Shown here piece by piece: positions 10,186 through 20,020 of a stretch of DNA of 64,000 nucleotides. The notes beneath the pieces are model-generated. The model was given only the letters and a program-made list of their open reading frames with translations, ran no database searches and was not told the DNA's origin. The position numbers were made by a program, and so were the translations under genes. Position 1 is the stretch's first letter, and the number at the start of each line of letters is the position of its first letter. Origin of the DNA: an uncultured Aliarcobacter sp. (lineage in GTDB: Bacteria; Campylobacterota; Campylobacteria; Campylobacterales; Arcobacteraceae); contig CAXXLV010000002.1 of NCBI GenBank assembly GCA_963664305.2, forward strand, positions 960,001 through 1,024,000. The letters run 5' to 3'.

Positions 10186-10679
10186 AAAATAGTTTAGATG
10201 AATTTTTAGAACCAATAAAAAGTTTGACTATTAGCTCTTTAGATGATAAAGGAAATCCTTTTTCATCTTATGCTCCATTTGTAAAAATAAATCATAAATA
10301 TTATGTTTATTTATCATTGATGGCTAAACACTCTTCAAACTTAACAAAAAATCCAAACTCTTCAATCTTTTTTTGTGAAGATGAACAAGATTGTAAAAAT
10401 ATCTTTGCTAAAAAAAGAGTATCAATTCAGTGTACAACAAAAAGATTAGAACAAAATACAAATGAAGAAAAAGAGATATTAAAGCAATTTAGTAAAAAAT
10501 TTGGAAATGAGATAATAACAATGCTTCATAAAATGGGAGATTTTTATCTTTTTGAATTTACTCCTTTTTATGGAGAAGCTGTTTTTGGGTTTGGAAAAGC
10601 TTATAATCTTGGTGGAAAAAACTTTGATGAATTTTTAGATAGAGCAAACTTTGGAAATACAGGTCACGGTAAGAAATAA
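10182..10679 (+). CDS. HugZ/HutZ-like pyridoxamine 5'-phosphate oxidase-family (heme utilisation) protein
   Basis: PFSSYAPF, LSLMAKHSSNL, GDFYLF..VFGFGKAY; ATG at 10182 overlaps the upstream TGA (ATGA). Confidence 0.85.
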   Translation: MKNSLDEFLEPIKSLTISSLDDKGNPFSSYAPFVKINHKYYVYLSLMAKHSSNLTKNPNSSIFFCEDEQDCKNIFAKKRVSIQCTTKRLEQNTNEEKEILKQFSKKFGNEIITMLHKMGDFYLFEFTPFYGEAVFGFGKAYNLGGKNFDEFLDRANFGNTGHGKK

Positions 10680-10689
10680 AGACTAAACT

Positions 10690-11751
10690 CTATTTCTTAT
10701 CAAAAATTGTGCCATCACCTGAAATTAAAATAGCTAAACTTCTTGTACTATCAAACTGAGATAAAATAATCAATAAAATCATCATCAAAGGAACTGATAA
10801 AAACATTCCAATAGTTCCCCACATAGCACCCCAAATAACCAAAGATAAGATTACAACAAACTGAGAAATATTTAATTTATTTCCCATAAGTTTTGGATAA
10901 ATTATATTTCCAATTACAAATTGAACTACAACTAAAGATAAAGCTAAAAATAGAACATCTGATATTAAAGGAAATTGGATTAAAGCAAAAATAGTTGGAA
11001 TTAAAACTGCAATAATACTTCCAATAGTTGGAATAAAATTTAAAACAAAAGCAATAAATCCCCATAAAACTGCACCTTGTAAAGAAAAAAATTCACAAAT
11101 TAGATAAGTTAAAAAACCTGTAATCAAACTAATAACTGTAGTGATAAATATATAAGTTTTTACACCTTTTGAAATAGAAGCTAAAATATGTGTTGCTTTT
11201 TCTTTTGCCTCTTTTTTAGGGAAAAGTGCATTTATTTTTGCACCAAAAAACTGTTGGTCAATTAACAAAAAAAGTACATATAAAAATATTTGTATTAAAT
11301 TAGAAAAAATTGAACTAAAAGCACTTATTACTTTATTTATAACACTTGAAAGACTAAATTCTTGGAAAAACTTTTGTAAAGGTGTTGTAAAATCAATTGA
11401 TGTCATAAGTGTTAATTTATCAATCAAAGCATTTACTTTTCCATCTAGTTGTGAAATTGTAGAACTCAAACTCATCATACTTGTAGTAATAAAACTACCA
11501 AGTTCAATCATAAAATAAACTATAAAAATCAAAGATAATGGAATAGCTACAATATCTGCTATTTTAGGACTTAAAAAAGGCAATCTTTTGATTTGAGAAG
11601 CTAATGCGTTAATCAAAAACCAAATCAAAATAGCAATTGCAATTGGTGTTAAAATTGAACTTAAACTATTTAAAGCATAAACAACTAAAAATATAAATGC
11701 AAAAAAATAAAATGCTTTTGCAAAATTGGTATCTCTTTGTATTATTTCCAA
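10690..11751 (-). CDS. AI-2E family transporter
   Basis: Multi-TM; LNFIPTIGS and GMFLSVPL motifs. Confidence 0.9.
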   Translation of the reverse strand: MEIIQRDTNFAKAFYFFAFIFLVVYALNSLSSILTPIAIAILIWFLINALASQIKRLPFLSPKIADIVAIPLSLIFIVYFMIELGSFITTSMMSLSSTISQLDGKVNALIDKLTLMTSIDFTTPLQKFFQEFSLSSVINKVISAFSSIFSNLIQIFLYVLFLLIDQQFFGAKINALFPKKEAKEKATHILASISKGVKTYIFITTVISLITGFLTYLICEFFSLQGAVLWGFIAFVLNFIPTIGSIIAVLIPTIFALIQFPLISDVLFLALSLVVVQFVIGNIIYPKLMGNKLNISQFVVILSLVIWGAMWGTIGMFLSVPLMMILLIILSQFDSTRSLAILISGDGTIFDKK

Positions 11752-11822
11752 AATCAGCCTTTAAAAATTTTAATAATATAATATCAAATTAAATAGAAAA
11801 AAGCCCATAAGAAAGATAAATA

Positions 11823-12485
11823 TTGCAAATTGAGAATCCTAGAGAAATCTGTTATAAATGTTATAGACCAAAATCTTCTTGCATTTGTGAACACCTTATA
11901 AATCCAATAAAAACTAATACTAAATTTGTCATTTTGATGCATCCAAAAGAGTTTAGAAAAACAAAAAATGGTACAGGACATATGACAAATAACTCTTTAG
12001 AAAATTGTGAGTTACATGTTGGAATTGATTTTACAAATCACAAAAGAGTAAATGAACTTTTAAAAGATGAAGATTTTGAACCATATGTTTTATATCCAGA
12101 TGTTAATAGTATAAAATTAAATACACAAAAATTACCAAGTGATAAAAAAGCTCTAATTTTTATTATTGATTCAACTTGGCCTTGTTCAAAAAAGATGCTA
12201 AGACTTAGTAAAAATTTGCAAAATCTTAAAAAGGTAAGTTTTGAACATGATAAATCTTCACAATTTAAAATAAAAACTCAACCAAATCAATATTGTTTAT
12301 CGACTATTGAATCAACTTTATGTGTTTTAGAACAGCTAAATAATCATAATATTGAAAATATATCAAAAGAGTATTTAGACAATTTTTTAAAACCTTTTGA
12401 AGAGATGGTTGAGTATCAAGTAAAATGTGCTTTTGATGAAAGTAACATAAGATACAAACTTCCTTTTAAAAAAGCTGTAATTTAA
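11823..12485 (+). CDS. DTW-domain tRNA-uridine aminocarboxypropyltransferase (TapT-like)
   Basis: CxxC..CxC, HPKE, IDSTW and LSTIES motifs. Confidence 0.88.
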   Translation: MQIENPREICYKCYRPKSSCICEHLINPIKTNTKFVILMHPKEFRKTKNGTGHMTNNSLENCELHVGIDFTNHKRVNELLKDEDFEPYVLYPDVNSIKLNTQKLPSDKKALIFIIDSTWPCSKKMLRLSKNLQNLKKVSFEHDKSSQFKIKTQPNQYCLSTIESTLCVLEQLNNHNIENISKEYLDNFLKPFEEMVEYQVKCAFDESNIRYKLPFKKAVI

Positions 12486-12598
12486 TTGATTATTTCCAAT
12501 TTTATAATAAATAAGGTTTTTTATTACGGCTTTTTAATCTATCTTTTGGTATTTTACAAACTTTGGAAAAATAAAAGTTATAGCTTGGAGATTGTTTG

Positions 12599-14380
12599 AT
12601 GAATAAACTAAAATTTGTTGTTTTTTCTATGTTTTTGATAAATAATTATCTATTTTCAAATACTCTTGAAGAACAAAACAAAAATACAAAAGAGATCTCT
12701 GTTGAACAAAATGAAGAAGATGAATTAAAAAGTTTTTTAAATAAAAATTACACTCCTCTTTTTATAAATAAAAAGACTATAAAAGAGTACTACACATTAA
12801 ACCAATTTAAACCATTTTGGACTCAAAAAGAAGAAATAAAAGATATTTCATTGACTCTTTTAGAAAAAATAAAAAATGACCCTGTTTTAAAACCAAATGC
12901 TAAAAAAATTTTTAAAATAGATGAAATTGAAAACAATATAAACTCTTCAGAAAATTCTAGAAAAAATATATTAGAAATTGAATTTATGATGACAGAGCTT
13001 TATGACAGATATGCGTACTATTTATTAAATGGTTCAATAGATTGGAAAGCTTTTCAAGAAAAACTTAGTGAACTTGAAAAAGATGATGAAATAAATGCCC
13101 AATGGGATAGATATGAAATCAAAAAAAATCATAAAGAGTTATTAAAAACTGCTATTGAAAACAATGATTTATCTATTGCATTAAAAGAGTTAGATTTTAA
13201 TTATCCTAATGCAAATAAATTAATTGATGAGATATCAAATCTTGAGAAAGTTGTACAAAATGGAGATTATATAAAATTACCTCCTTTTAAGACTTTAAGA
13301 ATTGGTGACCAATCTGAAGTTGTAAAAATTTTACGACAAAGACTAATGCAAAGTGAAGAGTTATCTAAAACTTGTGAAAATAGTATAAATGCTCAAAATG
13401 TAGTGACAAACAGTTTAACAACTAATCAAGATGAAAATGTACAAGAAATGGTTGAAGAAAAAGCTATGGTTTCTTGCGAAGAGATTTTTGATGAAGATTT
13501 AAAAAATGCAGTTATAGCATTTCAACAAAGTCATGGATTATATGCAGATGGAATTGTTGGTCTTCAAACACAAAAATTCTTAAATAAAAGTGCAAAAGAT
13601 AAAATAGAACAAATAAGAGTAAATCTAGAAAGAATGAGATGGCTTCCTAGAAATTTTGGGGAAAAATATCTATTGATTAATATTCCTGATTATAGACTAA
13701 AAATGATTGAAAACAATGATATAAAATTAAATATGGCAGTTGTTGTTGGAGAGAAAAAACATCCAACACCTATCTTTTCAGATAACATGTCTTATATTGT
13801 TTTAAATCCAAATTGGAATATTCCTGAAAGTATTGCAAAAAAAGAGATTCTTCCAAAGTTATTGAAAGACCCAAATTATTTAGCTTCAAAAGGTATAGAT
13901 ATTTATCAAGGTTGGCATAAAGATTCTGAAAAAGTTGAAACAACAGAAGTTTTAGATACTTTAATTTTACAAGATGTTGAAGCTGTTCCAAATTTTAGAT
14001 TTACGCAAGGTCCAAGTGATGAAAATCCTCTTGGTAAAATGAAATTTATGTTCCCAAATAAACATGCAGTTTATTTACATGATACACCTGCTAAAACTCT
14101 ATTTAACAATGCTAGACGAGCTTATTCTCATGGTTGTATTAGACTTTCAAGACCAGATGAATTACTTTCAACAATTGCAAATGATGATAAAAATATAAAT
14201 ATCGAAAAAGTAACTCAGATTTTAGAAACAGAAACTGAAAAAGAAAAAGCGATAGGATTAAGTAAAAAAATTCCCGTTCACATCATCTACCTAACTTCTT
14301 GGGTTGATGATAACGGGAAATTACAATTTAGAGAAGATATCTACGACTACGATAAAATACAAGAAGAACTTATATATTAA
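12599..14380 (+). CDS. L,D-transpeptidase, YcbB/LdtD-like, with peptidoglycan-binding domain
   Basis: AFQQSHGLYADGIVG, NLERMRWLP, YLHDTP..SHGCIR. Confidence 0.93.
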   Translation: MNKLKFVVFSMFLINNYLFSNTLEEQNKNTKEISVEQNEEDELKSFLNKNYTPLFINKKTIKEYYTLNQFKPFWTQKEEIKDISLTLLEKIKNDPVLKPNAKKIFKIDEIENNINSSENSRKNILEIEFMMTELYDRYAYYLLNGSIDWKAFQEKLSELEKDDEINAQWDRYEIKKNHKELLKTAIENNDLSIALKELDFNYPNANKLIDEISNLEKVVQNGDYIKLPPFKTLRIGDQSEVVKILRQRLMQSEELSKTCENSINAQNVVTNSLTTNQDENVQEMVEEKAMVSCEEIFDEDLKNAVIAFQQSHGLYADGIVGLQTQKFLNKSAKDKIEQIRVNLERMRWLPRNFGEKYLLINIPDYRLKMIENNDIKLNMAVVVGEKKHPTPIFSDNMSYIVLNPNWNIPESIAKKEILPKLLKDPNYLASKGIDIYQGWHKDSEKVETTEVLDTLILQDVEAVPNFRFTQGPSDENPLGKMKFMFPNKHAVYLHDTPAKTLFNNARRAYSHGCIRLSRPDELLSTIANDDKNINIEKVTQILETETEKEKAIGLSKKIPVHIIYLTSWVDDNGKLQFREDIYDYDKIQEELIY

Positions 14381-14389
14381 ATCAAAAAA

Positions 14390-15475
14390 TTAGGCTTGTT
14401 TCTTCAAGTCTAATTTTTTCTCTATTCTTTTTTTATCTATAAGCATTTTATTTTGGATTTTACATCTATTTTTTGCAAGAACTTGCATATCTTCAACTTC
14501 ATCCATTTCATCAACAATTTCAACTCCTAAAAGTGTTTCAATTGCATCTTCTAAAGTTACAACTCCACTTGTTTGTCCATAATTGTCTTCAACTATAAAT
14601 AGATGTGTTTTTCTATTTATAAATTGGTCAATTAATGCAGAAACAGGAAGATTTTCAGAGATTTTATGAACAGGAACCATTATATCCCTAATAATTGTGT
14701 CATCTCTTTCTTCAACACTCTCTTCTAAAATAGTTTGATTAAATACAATTCCTACAACATCATCAATAGTTTCATCAAAAACAGGAATTCTTGAATGAAC
14801 ATACATCTTGTCATCTTCAATAGCATCTTCAACTTTTATAGTTGATTTAAGTGCAAAAACAACACTTCTTGGAGTCATAATATCTTGAGTTTTGATATTC
14901 TTTAATTTGAAAAGATTTTCAATCAATGCACTCTCTTTTGAAAGAATAGAACCCTCTTTTTCTCCCATAGTAACAGCAGCCATAATTTCATCTCTTGAGA
15001 AGTTTGACTCTTTTTCTTTTCCTTTTGATATTAAATTAGTTATAAACATAGATAACCAAACTAATGGATATGTTATTTTAATAAAAAAGCTAATTAAATA
15101 AGCAGAAGGAATTAATAGTTTTTTCCAATAAACTGCACCTATTGTTTTTGGAATAATTTCTGAAAAATATAAAATTGCCAATGTTAATAAAACTGCAATA
15201 ATAGTTTCCATTTCTTGACCAAAAAGTATTTGAGCTTGCGCTCCAACACCAGCAGCACCCATTGTATGTGCAAATGTATTTAATATTAAAATAGAAGATA
15301 TTGGTTTATCAATATTTGATTTTAAATCTTTTAACATTTCAATAGCTGAGGAATTTTCTTTTTTAGATAATGATTCAATATATGAAGATGTACTTGAAAG
15401 TAAAACAGCTTCTAAGACTGAACATAAAAAAGAGACAAATAAAGCAACAAGAAGATAAGTAAACAAAAGGGTCAT
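14390..15475 (-). CDS. CNNM (DUF21)-CBS domain Mg2+/Co2+ transporter, second paralogue
   Basis: SFLCSVLEA, SEIIPKT, HSRIPV, GVVTLEDAIE; clearly similar to 6675..7730. Confidence 0.93.
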   Translation of the reverse strand: MTLLFTYLLVALFVSFLCSVLEAVLLSSTSSYIESLSKKENSSAIEMLKDLKSNIDKPISSILILNTFAHTMGAAGVGAQAQILFGQEMETIIAVLLTLAILYFSEIIPKTIGAVYWKKLLIPSAYLISFFIKITYPLVWLSMFITNLISKGKEKESNFSRDEIMAAVTMGEKEGSILSKESALIENLFKLKNIKTQDIMTPRSVVFALKSTIKVEDAIEDDKMYVHSRIPVFDETIDDVVGIVFNQTILEESVEERDDTIIRDIMVPVHKISENLPVSALIDQFINRKTHLFIVEDNYGQTSGVVTLEDAIETLLGVEIVDEMDEVEDMQVLAKNRCKIQNKMLIDKKRIEKKLDLKKQA

Positions 15476-15537
15476 TTTTCACCCTCTAAATAAGAAATAA
15501 ATAAGCCACACCTACGATAGGAGTCGTTTAAGTTCAT
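15472..15537 (-). CDS. Putative leader peptide (21 aa, MNLNDSYRRCGLFISYLEGEK) coupled to CNNM
   Basis: AAAGGA RBS 8 nt before the ATG at 15537; its TGA overlaps the CNNM ATG (ATGA). Confidence 0.55.
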   Translation of the reverse strand: MNLNDSYRRCGLFISYLEGEK

Positions 15538-15582
15538 AAAGTTAATCCTTTTAAAATTTTTAGGAAGGATTATACCATACTT

Positions 15583-16713
15583 TTATTTTATTAGAGAGAT
15601 ATTGTTCTGTATATGTTTTATATCGCCTATTGTTAAATGATGTTTTTCTTCTAAAATTTTCATAAAAAACCTAACTTCTGCATTTGTAAAACCATCAAGT
15701 TCTTTGTCTTTCATAGAAACATTGTTTTCTTCAAGTCTTACTCTTTTTAGTTTTCCATTCATCTCTTTTACATAATAAACAATATCAAGTTCTGTTTGAT
15801 TTACTTTTTCAATAGTTGTAATAATTCTGTCTGTTTTAACTTTTAAGTCAAAATCACTATATAACTCTAAAAACTCTTTTGTAGTTAAATATCCTATATA
15901 AAGTTTTGTATATATATCAAAATAAAGACCTAATTTGGCAGATGAAAAAAACTTTAAATCAACACTAAATTTTGGATTTTGTCTTGAAGTATTTAAAATC
16001 CATTCTAAAGTTGGAAAATACTGGAACTTTTTGTATTTTATTTTACAAGCTTCAATATATTTTTTATTTTTTGGTACTTCTAAAGTTTGAACATCATTTT
16101 TTACTTTTTTTGCAAAAATTATCTTTTCAATTAAATCTTCATCATCTAAATCTTTAGTTACCCAAATAGTTGCGTATGAAGGAAAGTTTTTAAGCCCAAC
16201 AGAACCTTCTGTTACAACGATTAAAGCTTTAATATTTAGACTTGGGAAAATCATCTTTAATAAAGCATATTTTTTTACTAATCTTTTATTTAAACTAGCT
16301 GTTTTTTTAGATGTACTCATCTCAACAAAATAAACACTATCTTTTGTAAAAAATAGAGCATCAAACTCACTTATATCTTTGTAAGCTGATTTGTAAACGA
16401 TTTGAGAACTGCTATCTATTAAAAGTCCACTTTTTATAAAAAGATTTTCTTTATCTTGATATGGACCTTTTAAAACAAATCTAGTAATTTCTTCTTGTTC
16501 TAAAACATATTGAAGTAGTAATTCATATATGATATTTTCATAAATTTCACCTTTGAAACTACTATAAGCTGAAATGTATGAAATATCTTCTTTTGAGGTA
16601 TTGTTTTTTACTAAAGCTTTTAAGCTTTTATTATCGTATGAATAATGGAAAAGGTTCTCTTTTATATCTTCTATTTCTAATTGTTTTATTTTATCTGTAA
16701 TTGTAAATTGCAA
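15583..16713 (-). CDS. Hypothetical protein with a possible PD-(D/E)xK-like nuclease fold
   Basis: KGEIYE ... EFDALF..VYFVEMS motif spacing. Confidence 0.45.
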   Translation of the reverse strand: MQFTITDKIKQLEIEDIKENLFHYSYDNKSLKALVKNNTSKEDISYISAYSSFKGEIYENIIYELLLQYVLEQEEITRFVLKGPYQDKENLFIKSGLLIDSSSQIVYKSAYKDISEFDALFFTKDSVYFVEMSTSKKTASLNKRLVKKYALLKMIFPSLNIKALIVVTEGSVGLKNFPSYATIWVTKDLDDEDLIEKIIFAKKVKNDVQTLEVPKNKKYIEACKIKYKKFQYFPTLEWILNTSRQNPKFSVDLKFFSSAKLGLYFDIYTKLYIGYLTTKEFLELYSDFDLKVKTDRIITTIEKVNQTELDIVYYVKEMNGKLKRVRLEENNVSMKDKELDGFTNAEVRFFMKILEEKHHLTIGDIKHIQNNISLIK

Positions 16714-16770
16714 GGTTTCTCTTCTATTTCTATAATAGTCTTGATTATATCTAAAAAAATTTTAAATAGC

Positions 16771-17250
16771 TTAAATATTATCTTTAGTTTTAAAAAAACT
16801 TATTTTTCCCATATCATCAAACTTCATAAAAAGTTTTAAATCTTCTATAAAATTATCATCAAGTTTATCAAAACTTCTTTTCATACGTTTATAAACTCCT
16901 AAAAGATTTCTCTCTTTTGCTTTTTCCATTCCTCGTATTATGTAGTGATATCTTACAAGTTTTTTTGTGTACTCTGAAACTTTCCACTTTTTTATAATGT
17001 GATAACTTATCTCTTCATGATTATGAAATGAAAACTCTTTTGTTATTTTATCTTTTTCATTTTGGTAAGCAACATATGGTTTTCCAATATCATGTAAAAA
17101 TGCAGCAGCTAACATCTTGTATTCTTTAGCTTTTAAAATATGAAAAGCAACAGCAAATGTGTGTAATAAGACTCCGTATCTGTGCCATTTGTTTTGTTTG
17201 ATAAATAGTGTTATATAAAACTCTTTTTTTAATACTCTTTTTAATTTCAT
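16771..17250 (-). CDS. HD-domain protein
   Basis: LLHT..FLHDIGK..HEE..YH..DD metal-binding pattern. Confidence 0.85.
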   Translation of the reverse strand: MKLKRVLKKEFYITLFIKQNKWHRYGVLLHTFAVAFHILKAKEYKMLAAAFLHDIGKPYVAYQNEKDKITKEFSFHNHEEISYHIIKKWKVSEYTKKLVRYHYIIRGMEKAKERNLLGVYKRMKRSFDKLDDNFIEDLKLFMKFDDMGKISFFKTKDNI

Positions 17251-17405
17251 AAAGGAATTTTATCATCAAGTTACTTTTTATTTCATTTTGTAATGTTTTT
17301 TTAACTTCAATAAAAAAATGTGTAAAATTATTAAAATCTTTCTAATAGGTTTTTACTATGATGAAACAAAATTACATTTAAAAACTACATATATAAAGGG
17401 TTAAT

Positions 17406-17948
17406 ATGACAAATTTTGAAGAAAATATACAACAGATGTTTAAAGGCATAGAATTATGCTTAAAAGAAAAATTACAATTTCCTACATTATCATTAATTTA
17501 TACAGTTATTGATAATTTGGCATATATTGCTTATGGAGATATTGGGGTAGAAAAAAGATATAAAAAATGGATAACTGAATATATGTTCAAAGAAAAAAAT
17601 CTAAATGTTACTCCTATGGATTTATATTCTGCAAGATGTGCAATTTTACATACATTAACACCTAATTCAAAAAAAACAAATGAAAAAAAAGCTTCAGTAA
17701 TTGCTTATTCTTGGGGAAATTATGATGTAAATATTCTTGATAAAAGTATTTCTTATTCTAATAAAGAATTAAAAGCTTTGCATATAAATGATTTATATGA
17801 CTCTTTACGCAAAGGAACAATAAAATTTCTTAATAGTGAAATTTTAAAAGAAAAAGAGTGTCTAAAAAGAATGGATGAACATTATGGAAAAATATCAAAA
17901 GAGATTCTAATAGACTATAACAATTCTTTTATAAATTCAAAAGGCTAA
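17406..17948 (+). CDS. Hypothetical protein with HEPN-like RxxxxH motif
   Basis: Helical protein containing DLYSARCAILHT. Confidence 0.5.
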   Translation: MTNFEENIQQMFKGIELCLKEKLQFPTLSLIYTVIDNLAYIAYGDIGVEKRYKKWITEYMFKEKNLNVTPMDLYSARCAILHTLTPNSKKTNEKKASVIAYSWGNYDVNILDKSISYSNKELKALHINDLYDSLRKGTIKFLNSEILKEKECLKRMDEHYGKISKEILIDYNNSFINSKG

Positions 17949-18148
17949 AACTTGACTTTCAGAAATATCAAACTCAATACCAAAATATAGAACTTATAGA
18001 GTTTAAAAATTCTCATGATAGATTTTTAATTATTGATAAAAATGAAGTTTATCATTTAGGAGCAAGCCTTAAAGATTTAGGTAAAAAATGGTTTGCATTT
18101 TCAAAGTTTGACCTAGAAAGTTTAGAGATTTTAAAAAGATTAAATTAA
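17945..18148 (+). pseudogene. 3' remnant of an ORF6N/KilA-N-type DNA-binding protein gene (C-terminal HDRF domain)
   Basis: Start-less frame LKLDFQKYQTQY..SHDRFLIIDKNEVYHLGASLKDLGKKWFAFSK..N*. Confidence 0.7.
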
Positions 18149-18155
18149 CAAAAAA

Positions 18156-18311
18156 TCAATCAAACCTCTTAAAATCATCATCTTCACTTCCATCTTTTTT
18201 TCTATTTTTAAATTTCCACATAGTTATAAAATATTTCACGCTAGCAAAACATAAAATAAAAGCTATTAAAAACATCACTATATAAATTATTATAATCATA
18301 CTTGTTTCCAT
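18156..18311 (-). CDS. Small single-pass membrane protein (51 aa)
   Basis: METSMIIIIYIVMFLIAFILCFASVKYFITMWKFKNRKKDGSEDDDFKRFD; AAAGGG upstream. Confidence 0.6.
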   Translation of the reverse strand: METSMIIIIYIVMFLIAFILCFASVKYFITMWKFKNRKKDGSEDDDFKRFD

Positions 18312-18379
18312 AATAAACCCTTTTTGTTTAGTATAACTCTTTTTAACTCTATATACAAGAATCTGCTATAATAACTCCC

Positions 18380-19201
18380 ATGAAAACATTTATTTTAAAT
18401 AACCTAACAAAACTAATTCTTGTGGCTTTTATGCTTACTGCTTTATTTTTTGCAAACTCTTTGACTATTGATGACAATGCCAAAAGCCTTATAAATGCCT
18501 CATTTAAACAAGCTGTTATTGTATTTGGAAGTGCAAAAGCTTTAAATGGTGTTATTTCGCTTGCACAAGGAACAGAAATTGATTTACCTTTAGTTGTTAT
18601 TGCAATTGGGGAAATACTTGACCCAATAAATGATTTAGTTGAACAATTTTCACTTGTAATGCTTGCAAGTTTAGTATCTCTTGGTATTCAAAAAATTTTA
18701 CTAAATTTTGTAACAAATGATTTATTTAACTACATTTTATTTGCTTTTATTATTATCTTTAATATTTGGCTATTCAAAAGATTTTCAAATGATGAAAATA
18801 TTAGAAGTATCTTCTTTAGAACTACTTTTATACTTCTATTTTTGAGATTTTCTATTCCTATGATGGGATATGTAAATAACATCAGTTACAACTATATCGT
18901 AAAACCTCAATACAACATAGAAACACTAAATGAAAATATTTTAAAAGTAAAAGAAGATGTAAGTAAAATAAATCAAGAAACGGTGCAACAAAAACAAGAT
19001 GAAAACTCTTTTATAGATAAGATTACTGAAAAATTTGATATGAAATTTTATGAGAAAAAAGTAAATGAATACAAAAATGCAGTTGATAATTCTAGTGAAT
19101 ATATGATTGATTTAATCATTGTTTTTATATTCCAAACTATACTTTTACCAATCATTTTTTTATATGTTTTGTATGTATTGATTAGAAAGATTGTTTTATA
19201 A
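18380..19201 (+). CDS. Hypothetical membrane protein
   Basis: Several TM segments; GEILDPINDLVEQFS block. Confidence 0.8.
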   Translation: MKTFILNNLTKLILVAFMLTALFFANSLTIDDNAKSLINASFKQAVIVFGSAKALNGVISLAQGTEIDLPLVVIAIGEILDPINDLVEQFSLVMLASLVSLGIQKILLNFVTNDLFNYILFAFIIIFNIWLFKRFSNDENIRSIFFRTTFILLFLRFSIPMMGYVNNISYNYIVKPQYNIETLNENILKVKEDVSKINQETVQQKQDENSFIDKITEKFDMKFYEKKVNEYKNAVDNSSEYMIDLIIVFIFQTILLPIIFLYVLYVLIRKIVL

Positions 19202-19897
19202 AAACAATCTTTCAAACTCTTTTAATATAGAAGTTGCAACAAAAGTATCATCAATTTTATTTAAAAGTTCTTCTTTATTTAACTCTTTCTTTTTAGATAC
19301 TTCACTTATATAATAATTCATAACTTCTTTATCAAATTCAGGATGAAACTGAACTCCCCAAGCACAATTTCCAACTCTAAAAGCATGATTTGAATCATGA
19401 TTATTTGAAGCTAATTTTATAGCATTTTTTGGAAGTTCTAAAACTGTTTGAGAATGAATAGTATGAGCTTTGAAACTATCTTCTAATTTTGAAAAAATAG
19501 TATCACTTTTAGCATTTTCATCTAAATTTATTTCAACTGTTCCTATTTCCATACCATTTTTATGATACCCAGAAACTCCACCTAAACTCTTTGCTAAAAG
19601 TTGATGTCCATAACAAATTGCTAAAAGAGGCACTTCATCATTTACTACGTTTTTTAACCATTTTTCAAGTTCTAAACTCCAAGCCTCTTCATCTGTAACC
19701 ATACTGTGAGAACCAGTTAATATAATCGCATCTGTTTTTCCAGGTATTGGTAAAATAGAATTTTGTTGAGCATCAATAATTGATACATCTATATCTTTAT
19801 TTTCAAACTTATTTATAATCCAATGTTCAAAATCATCAAGTTCTTTTCTCATAGATTCAAAAGTTGAACCACATTTTATAATATATAATTTTTTCAT
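19196..19897 (-). CDS. Class I glutamine amidotransferase
   Basis: TGS, ICYGHQ, QFHPE triad motifs. Confidence 0.92.
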   Translation of the reverse strand: MKKLYIIKCGSTFESMRKELDDFEHWIINKFENKDIDVSIIDAQQNSILPIPGKTDAIILTGSHSMVTDEEAWSLELEKWLKNVVNDEVPLLAICYGHQLLAKSLGGVSGYHKNGMEIGTVEINLDENAKSDTIFSKLEDSFKAHTIHSQTVLELPKNAIKLASNNHDSNHAFRVGNCAWGVQFHPEFDKEVMNYYISEVSKKKELNKEELLNKIDDTFVATSILKEFERLFL

Positions 19898-20020
19898 AAT
19901 TCCCTCATATCAAAAGAAAAATTATATAAAATTTATTAACAAAATAATTTTTATATTGTTTAAAATTTAACCTTTGTAAGCAAAGCTTCACTAAAATAAA
20001 AAAAATTATTAAGGTTTAAA

